NCBI GenBank assembly: GCA_030625765.1
Contig: DAOUQG010000001.1
Location: 1 to 60,072, forward strand
DNA length: 60,072 nucleotides
Source of the DNA: Thermohalobacteraceae bacterium
GTDB lineage: Bacteria; Bacillota; Clostridia; Tissierellales; VENL01
Direction of reading: 5' to 3'
Shown here one piece after another: positions 50,146-58,469 of this stretch (the stretch's first letter is position 1; each line of letters begins with the position of its first letter). A program made the position numbers and the translations under genes. Below the pieces are notes generated by a model. The model was not told the DNA's origin and made no database searches. It saw only the letters and a program-made list of their open reading frames with translations.

Positions 50146-52476
50146 ATGGTAAAAACTAAAAGTACTAACAGAAAGAGAACGAAAAAAACTAGCAGAGTTA
50201 AAAAAAGTGAAATAAATAAGGAATTGTTAGGAATTATTACAGTTTTTTTTGGTATATTATCTTTAGTTAGTATGTACAGTTATTCAACTGGTGAGATAGG
50301 TAGTCTTATTAGAAATTTTAACATGAAGCTTGCAGGCTTTGGAGGATATTTTATTCCATATTTGATTATGTTGATTGGGATTATGTTTGTATTTAATAGA
50401 TTGCAGGTAGGTGAAGAAAAAAGAGCAATTTCTATAATAGTTATGTTTATTTGCTTTCTTACAATAATCGATATTAATTATTTTAGCGATATCAAGTATA
50501 TCGATAACAGTTTAAATACAGATTTGTCATTTTTACACAATGTTAAATTGTCTATTAAATATGGTGAGATAGGAGAAAGCGGTGGAGCTCTAGGAGGAAT
50601 ATTTTCATTTTTCACATTAAAACTATTCGGGATAATAGGTTCTTATATTATTATCTCTTGTATATTAATTATATCCTTTTTAATTTTAACTAATATAAGC
50701 TTTGTTAATCTAATGCGTTTATTATTCGGTAAAATTAGTCTTATATTAAAAAGGACTTGTGTAGTAGTAAAAGATAGTTTTACAGTTCAAAATGATACTT
50801 CTGATGAGAAATCAACTAAGAAATTCACGAAGAGATCACCTGATAAGGATATTGAACAAATACTTAAAGTTGATTACAATGACATAAGCGTTCATGAAAA
50901 TCATGAAATTGATCAGAAGATAAAAATTCTTGATTATACTAAGGAATCAAATATTAAAGAAAAGGAAAAAATTATTCCTATAAGTAAGATAAGTCTAAAA
51001 AAAGATAAAAGTATAGATGAAGAAAAGATTAATGATTTAAACCTAGCTACTGGTGAGGATTTCGAAGACTATATTTATCCATCAATAGAATTATTAAAAG
51101 GTGGAAAAAAACTTAACAGTCAAGGAAACAAAAAAGATATTATAATTAAAGCAAGAAAGCTAGAATTAACGCTCGAGAATTTTGGTATTAATGCTAAGAT
51201 TACTCAAATCAATAAAGGACCAACAATTACAAGATTTGAATTACAGCCAGCACCAGGTGTTAAGGTTAGTAAAATTGTTAATTTATCTGATGATATAGCT
51301 TTAGGATTAGCAGCCTCTGATATTAGAATTGAAGCTCCAATTCCTGGTAAATCAGCTATTGGAATTGAAGTTCCTAATAAATCAAAGATAAATGTATTAT
51401 TAAGAGAAGTATTGGAAACCAATGAGTATAAGAATATTGCATGCAAGGTTCCTTTTGCTTTAGGAAAGGATATTGCAGGAAAATCAATTGTTGCGAATAT
51501 AGAAAAAATGCCTCACTTATTAATAGCAGGAGCAACAGGTTCAGGAAAAAGTGTTTGTATCAATACATTGATTACAAGTATTTTGTTTAAAGCTAGACCG
51601 GATGAGGTTAAACTATTAATGATTGATCCAAAGGTGGTAGAATTGGGTGTATATAATGGTATTCCACATCTACTAATACCAGTTGTTACTGATCCTAGGA
51701 AGGCTGCTGGTGCACTAAATTGGGCTATTCAAGAAATGACAAAACGATACAAGCTTTTTGCAGATAACAATGTAAGAGATCTTACTAGCTATAATAAAAA
51801 GGCTGAAATTAAAAAAGAATTTGATAAGCTTCCTCAAATTGTTATAATAATAGACGAATTAGCGGATTTAATGATGGTTTCTCCTTCTGAAGTTGAGGAT
51901 TATATTTGTAGATTAGCTCAGATGGCAAGAGCTGCTGGCATACATTTGATTATTGCTACTCAAAGGCCATCTGTGGATGTAATCACAGGTACGATAAAAG
52001 CTAACATACCTTCTAGAGTAGCTTTTGCAGTATCTTCTCAACCAGATTCAAGAACTATTTTAGGTATGGGAGGAGCAGAAAAGCTTTTAGGTAAAGGAGA
52101 TATGCTATATCATCCTGTTGGAGCCTCAAAGCCAATGAGAATACAAGGAGCATTTATTGATGAAGAAGAGGTTGAAAGCATTGTTGCATTTTTAAAGCAA
52201 CAATGTAAGGCAAGCTATAAGGATGAAATAGTTAATAATATAGACCATGAAACTAATATAAGCTCAGATGCAGGTGATAAGCTTCTACCTGAAGCTATAG
52301 ATATTGTTGTAAATGACCAGCAGGCTTCAATATCAAAGCTACAAAGAAGACTTAGAATTGGATATTCTAGAGCTGCAAGACTGATTGATGAAATGGAAAC
52401 AAGAGGGATAGTTGGAGGACACGAGGGTAGTAAACCTAGAAAAGTTCTTGTAACAAAAGAGGATTTAGATATGTAA
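50146..52476 (+). CDS. ftsK: DNA translocase FtsK/SpoIIIE
   Basis: N-terminal TM segments, a linker, a motor domain with Walker A (GATGSGKS) and a C-terminal gamma wHTH (ISKLQRRLRIGYSRAARLID). Confidence 0.95.
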   Translation: MVKTKSTNRKRTKKTSRVKKSEINKELLGIITVFFGILSLVSMYSYSTGEIGSLIRNFNMKLAGFGGYFIPYLIMLIGIMFVFNRLQVGEEKRAISIIVMFICFLTIIDINYFSDIKYIDNSLNTDLSFLHNVKLSIKYGEIGESGGALGGIFSFFTLKLFGIIGSYIIISCILIISFLILTNISFVNLMRLLFGKISLILKRTCVVVKDSFTVQNDTSDEKSTKKFTKRSPDKDIEQILKVDYNDISVHENHEIDQKIKILDYTKESNIKEKEKIIPISKISLKKDKSIDEEKINDLNLATGEDFEDYIYPSIELLKGGKKLNSQGNKKDIIIKARKLELTLENFGINAKITQINKGPTITRFELQPAPGVKVSKIVNLSDDIALGLAASDIRIEAPIPGKSAIGIEVPNKSKINVLLREVLETNEYKNIACKVPFALGKDIAGKSIVANIEKMPHLLIAGATGSGKSVCINTLITSILFKARPDEVKLLMIDPKVVELGVYNGIPHLLIPVVTDPRKAAGALNWAIQEMTKRYKLFADNNVRDLTSYNKKAEIKKEFDKLPQIVIIIDELADLMMVSPSEVEDYICRLAQMARAAGIHLIIATQRPSVDVITGTIKANIPSRVAFAVSSQPDSRTILGMGGAEKLLGKGDMLYHPVGASKPMRIQGAFIDEEEVESIVAFLKQQCKASYKDEIVNNIDHETNISSDAGDKLLPEAIDIVVNDQQASISKLQRRLRIGYSRAARLIDEMETRGIVGGHEGSKPRKVLVTKEDLDM

Positions 52477-52499
52477 TATACTTTTGATTAACAAAGCAG

Positions 52500-53555
52500 G
52501 TGATACTAATGATAAACAAGGTTGATATACAAGAAGTGTTGTTTGAAGAAAATATGGTTTTTATTGATGTAAGAAGTCCTAAGGAATATCATGAAGATAC
52601 TATTCCAAACGCAATAAATATGCCAATATTAAATGATGAAGAAAGAGAATATGTTGGTTATCTTTATAAACATGTTAGTCATGATAAGGCTAAAGAGGTA
52701 GGGTTAAAATATGCGTCGGAAAAATTAGTAGATTTTTATGTTGAAATTAAGAAAATTCTAAGTGAGAAGAAGAAAGTAGCCCTATTTTGTTTTAGGGGAG
52801 GACTCAGAAGTAACTCAGTTGCAAATATTTTAGATATTATGGATGTTAATATATATGTAATAATTGGAGGATATAAGAGCTATAGAAATTTTGTTATAAA
52901 TTCACTTCCAAATTACGCTGAAAAATTTAAGTATATAGTTCTACATGGTCATACTGGAGTAGGCAAAACAAAGCTTTTAAAAATATTAAATGAAAATGGA
53001 ATGTCAGTACTAGATTTAGAGGGTTTAGCTAAAAATAGTGGATCAGTTTTTGGTAGTTTAGCTTTTAATAATGAATCAAATTCACAGAAAATGTTTGAAT
53101 CACTATTATTTAAAAATTTTCACGAGATGAAAGATAATATAGTTTTTACAGAAAGTGAAAGTAAACGGGTTGGAAGAGTTATTCTACCAGAATTTTTATT
53201 TAGTGATATGGAAAGTGGCTATCATATTTTAATAAGTACAAATATTAAAAATAGAGTCAAAATTATAGAGGATGATTATGTTAACACTGATCTTCCTGAT
53301 AAAAACGAAAAGTTAAAATCTGCTATCAACAAATTGAGGAAAAGATTAAGTAATAATAAAGCTGATGAATATATTGAACAAATAGATAAAGGAGAATATA
53401 AATTAGTAATTGAAGGGTTAATGGTTGATTACTATGACCCACTTTATAATCATTCTATTAACAAGATTGAAAAATATGATCTTATTATTGAATATCAAGA
53501 AGAAATGGAAGCAGTAAACAAGCTCATAGAATTTGCAAATAATCATAGCCTGTAA
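52500..53555 (+). CDS. selU: tRNA 2-selenouridine synthase
   Basis: N-terminal rhodanese domain with CFRGGLRS and a P-loop (GHTGVGKT). Length and architecture match MnmH/SelU. ATG 52509 is an alternative start. Confidence 0.82.
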   Translation: MILMINKVDIQEVLFEENMVFIDVRSPKEYHEDTIPNAINMPILNDEEREYVGYLYKHVSHDKAKEVGLKYASEKLVDFYVEIKKILSEKKKVALFCFRGGLRSNSVANILDIMDVNIYVIIGGYKSYRNFVINSLPNYAEKFKYIVLHGHTGVGKTKLLKILNENGMSVLDLEGLAKNSGSVFGSLAFNNESNSQKMFESLLFKNFHEMKDNIVFTESESKRVGRVILPEFLFSDMESGYHILISTNIKNRVKIIEDDYVNTDLPDKNEKLKSAINKLRKRLSNNKADEYIEQIDKGEYKLVIEGLMVDYYDPLYNHSINKIEKYDLIIEYQEEMEAVNKLIEFANNHSL

Positions 53556-53573
53556 AGTGAAAGGAGATGTACC

Positions 53574-54911
53574 ATGAGTTATACTATTTCAATGATATCA
53601 CTTGGATGTTCTAAGAATCTCATTGATTCCGAGCTAATGACAGGGAGTTTAATGGAGAGTGGATTTGATTTTACTGATGATTTAGATGAAGCAGATATAA
53701 TAATTGTGAATACATGTGGCTTTATTAATGATGCAAAAGAGGAGTCTATAGATTGTATTGTAGAAGCTGGAAGTTATAAAATTGAAGGAAAATGTAAGTT
53801 ATTGGTTGTGTCTGGTTGTTTGGCAGAAAGGTATAAGGAAGAGATATTAATGGAACTTCCTGAAGTGGATGCAGTTATAGGTACTGGAAATATTAATGAG
53901 ATTACGGAAATTGTTAATGAGTCGCTAAATGGTAAACGTGTAATCAGGACAGGCAATATTGACAATGATTATTATGAGAATATGAACAGAATTTCTTATA
54001 CTCCATCTTATACTTCATTTATTAAAATTGCAGAAGGCTGTGATAGTTTTTGTACTTACTGCATAATCCCTAAGCTGAGAGGTAAATATAGAAGTAGGAA
54101 AATGGAGGCTATAATATCTGAGGCTAAGGAGCTTTCAAAGAATGGTGCTAAGGAAATAATATTGATTGCTCAAGATACAAGTAAATATGGCTTTGATATT
54201 TATGGTGAATATAGATTACCTCGATTGTTGGATGAGCTGAATAAAATTGATGAGATTGAATGGATAAGAGTATTATATCTTTATCCAGATGCTTTTACAG
54301 ATGATTTGATTCATAGTATGAAAAGAAATAATAAAGTAGTTAAATATGTGGATATGCCAATACAACATATAAATGATAACGTTCTAAAAAGAATGAATCG
54401 AAGAACCTCTAAGGAAATGATTACAAGGATAATAAAAGCATTGAGAAAGGAAATACCAGAAATAATTATTAGGACAACACTTATTGTTGGATTTCCAGGT
54501 GAAACTAATGAAGAATTCGAAGAGGTTTTTGATTATATTAGAGAGATAGAATTTGATAGATTAGGAGTGTTTTCTTATTCAAAAGAAGAGGACACTCCAG
54601 CAGCGAAGATGAAAAACCAAGTTGATGATGAAATTAAGAATGCCAGACAAAGTAAGATTATGGAAATGCAAAAACAAATTTCTTTTAATAAGAATAGAGG
54701 AAGAGTTAACAAAGTATATTCTGTTTTGATCGAAGAAAAAGTTGAAGACGGAGTATTTATAGGTAGAACTTATATGGATAGTCCTGAAATAGATTGTGTT
54801 GTTTATGTTAGTAGTAATAAAGATATAGAGATCGGCACATTTGTAGATGTTAAAATTACCGATTTTCTAGAATATGATTTGATAGGAGATGTAGATAATG
54901 AACATTGCTAA
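53574..54911 (+). CDS. rimO: ribosomal protein S12 methylthiotransferase RimO
   Basis: MiaB-family UPF0004 domain (LGCSKN), radical-SAM CDSFCTYC and a TRAM domain. Confidence 0.92.
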   Translation: MSYTISMISLGCSKNLIDSELMTGSLMESGFDFTDDLDEADIIIVNTCGFINDAKEESIDCIVEAGSYKIEGKCKLLVVSGCLAERYKEEILMELPEVDAVIGTGNINEITEIVNESLNGKRVIRTGNIDNDYYENMNRISYTPSYTSFIKIAEGCDSFCTYCIIPKLRGKYRSRKMEAIISEAKELSKNGAKEIILIAQDTSKYGFDIYGEYRLPRLLDELNKIDEIEWIRVLYLYPDAFTDDLIHSMKRNNKVVKYVDMPIQHINDNVLKRMNRRTSKEMITRIIKALRKEIPEIIIRTTLIVGFPGETNEEFEEVFDYIREIEFDRLGVFSYSKEEDTPAAKMKNQVDDEIKNARQSKIMEMQKQISFNKNRGRVNKVYSVLIEEKVEDGVFIGRTYMDSPEIDCVVYVSSNKDIEIGTFVDVKITDFLEYDLIGDVDNEHC

Positions 54912-55440
54912 TAAGCTAACTATTTTTAGAATTATTTTAATCCCTGTTTTCATGTTATTTTTACTATTTGACTTTAAGTACGGACAGATTATTGCTACTG
55001 GTATTTTCATAATAGCTGCAATTACAGATACTTTGGACGGACATATTGCACGTAGTAGAAATATGATAACAAAATTTGGGAAATTTATGGATCCATTAGC
55101 TGATAAATTACTCGTTTCAGCAGCTCTCATTTCTCTAACAGAGATGGGAAAGATATCAGCTTGGATAGTAGTGATAATAATTGCGAGAGAATTTGCTATA
55201 ACTGGTCTAAGAGTACTTGCTGCCTCTGAGGGGATAACACTAGCTGCAAGCTGGTGGGGAAAGATTAAAACAGCTACACAAATGGTAGGGATTGTTTTGT
55301 TATTAATAGATAATTTCCCTTTTGCATTAATAAATATACCTGTTGATATGATTGTCATTTGGCTAGCTACTATTTTTACCATTATTTCTGGTTTTGATTA
55401 TATCTATAAGAACCGAAAGGTTTTTGTTACTGAGCTGTAG
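54898..55440 (+). CDS. pgsA: CDP-diacylglycerol-glycerol-3-phosphate 3-phosphatidyltransferase
   Basis: CDP-alcohol phosphatidyltransferase motif DTLDGHIAR...G...DPLADK. Confidence 0.93.
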   Translation: MNIANKLTIFRIILIPVFMLFLLFDFKYGQIIATGIFIIAAITDTLDGHIARSRNMITKFGKFMDPLADKLLVSAALISLTEMGKISAWIVVIIIAREFAITGLRVLAASEGITLAASWWGKIKTATQMVGIVLLLIDNFPFALINIPVDMIVIWLATIFTIISGFDYIYKNRKVFVTEL

Positions 55441-55448
55441 TTTATAAT

Positions 55449-55560
55449 AATCTGAAAGAAGTGGATTTTACTGTGGTGCTAAGGATTTAGATAATTACCC
55501 TCCCTGCTCAGATATACATCACTTCTTTTGATTGAATAAAAGGAGAGAAGTGATGTATAT
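55449..55560 (+). repeat. structured intergenic module, copy R2-A
   Basis: The 5' box aatctgaaagaagtgg pairs with tcagat (55450-55455 / 55508-55513). aaagaagtg (55455-55463) is complementary to cacttcttt (55520-55528). A perfect 15-bp hairpin lies at 55512-55526 / 55546-55560. Confidence 0.5.
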
Positions 55561-55645
55561 GATTCGCGAGTCGGTTAATCATCCAAATCCTAGTGTCGTT
55601 GCTTTCATAACTTTTTGTGTTTGAGCGTACTATAACATGTTTGTT

Positions 55646-55745
55646 AATTTGAAAAAAGTGGTAATAGGGATTTAGATTATTCCCTAGTTGTTCAGATTTA
55701 CATCACTTCTTTAGAGTGTGTAGATTTCACACATCACTGTGTTTT
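55646..55745 (+). repeat. structured intergenic module, copy R2-B, followed by a hairpin and U-run
   Basis: aatttgaa / ttcagatt stem (55646-55653 / 55691-55698) and an inner hairpin taggga / tcccta (55665-55670 / 55681-55686). cacttcttt lies at 55704-55712. A gtgtg / cacac hairpin (55716-55732) precedes tgtgtttt. Confidence 0.45.
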
Positions 55746-55781
55746 GAGCATTTTACGTTATTATTATTTTAGGAGGAATAT

Positions 55782-57029
55782 ATGAGAGTCGAGATAATTA
55801 CAGTTGGTAATGAGATATTGTCGGGTGACATACTAAATACAAATACAAAATATATTTCAGAAAAATTAATGGAAATTGGCATCCAAGCTCATTATCATAC
55901 AACGGTAGGAGATATAAAAGAAAGTATAATAGAAGCTACTATGTTTGGACTTCAAAGGTCAGATATATTAATATATACAGGTGGGTTAGGTCCAACTCAA
56001 GATGATTTAACTAAGGAAGCTGTATGTGAAGTATTAGATATTGACTTAGAGCTTAGAGAAGATATAGTGGTTTTAATTGAAAAAATATTTGAGAAGAAAC
56101 ATATTACTATACCTAAAAGCAATTTGAAGCAAGCTTTTATTCCTAAAGGTGGAGAAGCATTACCTAACGCATTTGGCACAGCTCCAGGAGTATTTATTAA
56201 CTATAATAACAAGCTTGTTTTTTTATTACCAGGTCCTCCTAAAGAAATGAAACCTATGTTCAATGATACTATTGTTCCTATTCTGAAGAATAAGTTAAAC
56301 TATGTAATAATTTCAAAAACTATAAAAACGATTGGAATAGGAGAATCTTCTTTAGAAGAAAAAATAAATGATATAATTAAAAATAATAAAGACCTTTTTA
56401 TAGCAACATATGCTGGAGATGGACTAGTAGATATTAAGATAACATGTCAAAAACAGAATAAACTAGAAGCTAATGAGCGGATCAATATTGTACTAGAAAA
56501 ACTCGATAAATTAATAGGTAAATGTATTTACTCTCATGATGGAGAATCTATAGAAAAGGTTGTTTTTAAACTATTAGCTAAGCATAAATTAAGAATTGGA
56601 TTTTGTGAATCCTGTACAGGGGGGCTAATCTCTAGTAGATTAACTAAAATTTCTGGCGTCTCTGCTGTTTTTGATAGAGGTATTGTGACATATAGTAATG
56701 ATGCAAAGATTGAAGAGCTTAATGTTTCTGAAACTACATTAATGAAGTTTGGAGCTGTTAGCAAAGAAACTGCTGAAGAAATGGCAAAAGGACTTTTAAT
56801 TAGAGAAAAAGTTGATATAGCTGTATCTGTAACAGGAATTGCAGGTCCTGATGGAGGAACAAAGGATAAGCCTGTGGGCTTAGTCTATATTGCACTTGCT
56901 TCTGAGGATTATTTATGTGCTTTAAAGTTTGATTTTTCAGGTAGCAGGGAGTCAATACAAAATAGGGTTTCGAATGCAGCATTTAATCTAGTAAGAAAGT
57001 TTCTAATAGAAAAAAATAATTTAAAATAA
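55782..57029 (+). CDS. cinA: competence/damage-inducible protein CinA (MoCF-binding domain plus NMN amidohydrolase domain)
   Basis: MRVEIITVGNEILSGDILNTN, GGLGPTQDD and a C-terminal PncC-type ESCTGG motif. Confidence 0.93.
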   Translation: MRVEIITVGNEILSGDILNTNTKYISEKLMEIGIQAHYHTTVGDIKESIIEATMFGLQRSDILIYTGGLGPTQDDLTKEAVCEVLDIDLELREDIVVLIEKIFEKKHITIPKSNLKQAFIPKGGEALPNAFGTAPGVFINYNNKLVFLLPGPPKEMKPMFNDTIVPILKNKLNYVIISKTIKTIGIGESSLEEKINDIIKNNKDLFIATYAGDGLVDIKITCQKQNKLEANERINIVLEKLDKLIGKCIYSHDGESIEKVVFKLLAKHKLRIGFCESCTGGLISSRLTKISGVSAVFDRGIVTYSNDAKIEELNVSETTLMKFGAVSKETAEEMAKGLLIREKVDIAVSVTGIAGPDGGTKDKPVGLVYIALASEDYLCALKFDFSGSRESIQNRVSNAAFNLVRKFLIEKNNLK

Positions 57030-57032
57030 TAT

Positions 57033-57061
57033 TTGACCACAACCAAATAATGTTATATAAT
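57033..57061 (+). promoter_or_regulatory. sigma-A type promoter for recA
   Basis: TTGACC (57033-57038), 17-nt spacer, then TATAAT (57056-57061). Confidence 0.65.
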
Positions 57062-57067
57062 ATTCAT

Positions 57068-57081
57068 AGAACAGACGTTCG
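57068..57081 (+). promoter_or_regulatory. LexA (DinR) operator / Cheo box
   Basis: AGAACAGACGTTCG fits the Firmicute consensus CGAAC-N4-GTTCG (GAAC-N4-GTTC core intact). It lies just downstream of the -10. Confidence 0.7.
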
Positions 57082-57124
57082 AGATAATTGAAAGGCAGGT
57101 GAAACCAGAGAAATCTGGGAATAT

Positions 57125-58180
57125 ATGTTAGAGAAGAAAAAAGCATTGGAAATGGCTATAAATCAGATCGAAAAACAGTTTGGTAAGGGTTCAATAATGA
57201 AGCTTGGAGAGGATTCTAAGTTAAACATTGATGCAATCCCTACAGGCTCTTTAGAGTTAGATATAGCTTTAGGTATTGGTGGTGTACCTAGAGGAAGAAT
57301 AGTTGAAATATATGGACCTGAGTCATCAGGTAAAACAACAGTTGCATTACATGTTATTGCAGAAGCTCAAAATAACGGAGGAGCAGCTGCTTTTATCGAC
57401 GCAGAGCATGCTTTAGATCCAGGCTATGCTAAAAAACTTGGCGTAGATGTTGAAAATTTAATTGTGTCGCAACCAGATACAGGTGAACAGGCTTTAGAGA
57501 TAGCCGAAGCTCTAGTTAGAAGTGGAGCTATAGATGTAATAGTAATTGATTCTGTAGCAGCATTAGTTCCTAAAGCAGAAATCGAGGGTGAAATGGGAGA
57601 TGCTCATGTAGGACTTCAAGCTAGACTAATGTCGCAAGCGTTAAGAAAATTATCAGGAGCTATTAATAAGTCTAACACAACTACTATTTTTATCAATCAG
57701 TTGAGAGAAAAGGTTGGTGTTATGTTTGGAAACCCTGAAACAACACCTGGTGGAAGGGCACTTAAGTTTTATGCTTCTGTAAGGCTTGATGTAAGAAGAA
57801 TAGAAACGCTTAAGAGTAGTAACGAAATGGTTGGAAATAGAACGAGAGTTAAAGTAGTAAAAAATAAGGTAGCTCCTCCATTTAAAATTGCAGAGTTTGA
57901 CATTATGTATGGTCAAGGGATTTCTAAAGAAGGAAATATTTTGGATGTAGGAGTTTCATGTGATATAGTAAATAAAGCAGGTTCATGGTATAGCTATAAT
58001 GATATTAAATTAGGTCAGGGAAGAGAGAATGCAAAGGAATTCTTTAAAGATAACCCAGAAATTGCAAAAGAAATTGAATTAAAAATTAGAAATAAATATG
58101 AGTTACAAATTGTAAAAACAGAAGAAGAAAAGAAAAACGAAAATGAAAATGAGAATAGCAAATCTAAAGATAAAAAGTAA
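57125..58180 (+). CDS. recA: recombinase RecA
   Basis: [22 protein letters not shown] and the Walker A motif GPESSGKTT. Near-identical blocks to B. subtilis RecA, plus a Lys/Glu/Asn-rich tail. Confidence 0.98.
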   Translation: MLEKKKALEMAINQIEKQFGKGSIMKLGEDSKLNIDAIPTGSLELDIALGIGGVPRGRIVEIYGPESSGKTTVALHVIAEAQNNGGAAAFIDAEHALDPGYAKKLGVDVENLIVSQPDTGEQALEIAEALVRSGAIDVIVIDSVAALVPKAEIEGEMGDAHVGLQARLMSQALRKLSGAINKSNTTTIFINQLREKVGVMFGNPETTPGGRALKFYASVRLDVRRIETLKSSNEMVGNRTRVKVVKNKVAPPFKIAEFDIMYGQGISKEGNILDVGVSCDIVNKAGSWYSYNDIKLGQGRENAKEFFKDNPEIAKEIELKIRNKYELQIVKTEEEKKNENENENSKSKDKK

Positions 58181-58214
58181 AATAACTCCTTTTTTTTAGG
58201 AGTTATTTTTTTAT
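58181..58214 (+). terminator. intrinsic terminator after recA
   Basis: 10-bp stem aataactcct / aggagttatt followed by ttttttt. Confidence 0.9.
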
Positions 58215-58258
58215 GTATAACAAGAATATAAAAGTAAGAATGGTCAAATTAAAATAGC

Positions 58259-58287
58259 TTGACATATTTGTTAAAAAGTAATAAAAT
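58259..58287 (+). promoter_or_regulatory. sigma-A type promoter for rny
   Basis: TTGACA (58259-58264), 17-nt spacer, then TAAAAT (58282-58287). Confidence 0.6.
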
Positions 58288-58356
58288 TAAAGACGAATAT
58301 TAGATATATTCTAAAAAAGTATTACGTATCTTTCAAAATAAAATAAGTAGGACCTC

Positions 58357-58387
58357 ATAAACCGAGACTCCTCGGTTTATCTTTTAT
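58357..58387 (+). promoter_or_regulatory. terminator-like hairpin inside the rny 5' leader (possible attenuator or stabiliser)
   Basis: 10-bp stem ataaaccgag / ctcggtttat with loop actc, followed by cttttat. It lies about 65 nt downstream of the predicted -10 and 83 nt upstream of the rny start region. Confidence 0.5.
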
Positions 58388-58469
58388 CTGAACTTGCTGA
58401 TGAAATTGTTGTATATCATGAAAAATTAACAAATGAAACTTGAAAATTTAATAGCGAAGGAGGTGCTTT

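Noticed and set aside
55553-55624. 23-codon uORF (MYMIRESVNHPNPSVVAFITFCV) with a well-spaced AAAGGAGAG inside the cinA leader hairpin; considered as a leader peptide or type I toxin
   Set aside because: The homologous position in the paralogous ymxG leader (44300-44330) has no start codon and an in-frame stop, so the peptide is not conserved even though the RNA helix is. The hydrophobic stretch is too short for a typical membrane toxin. I kept it only as a note that the hairpin would occlude this SD and ATG.
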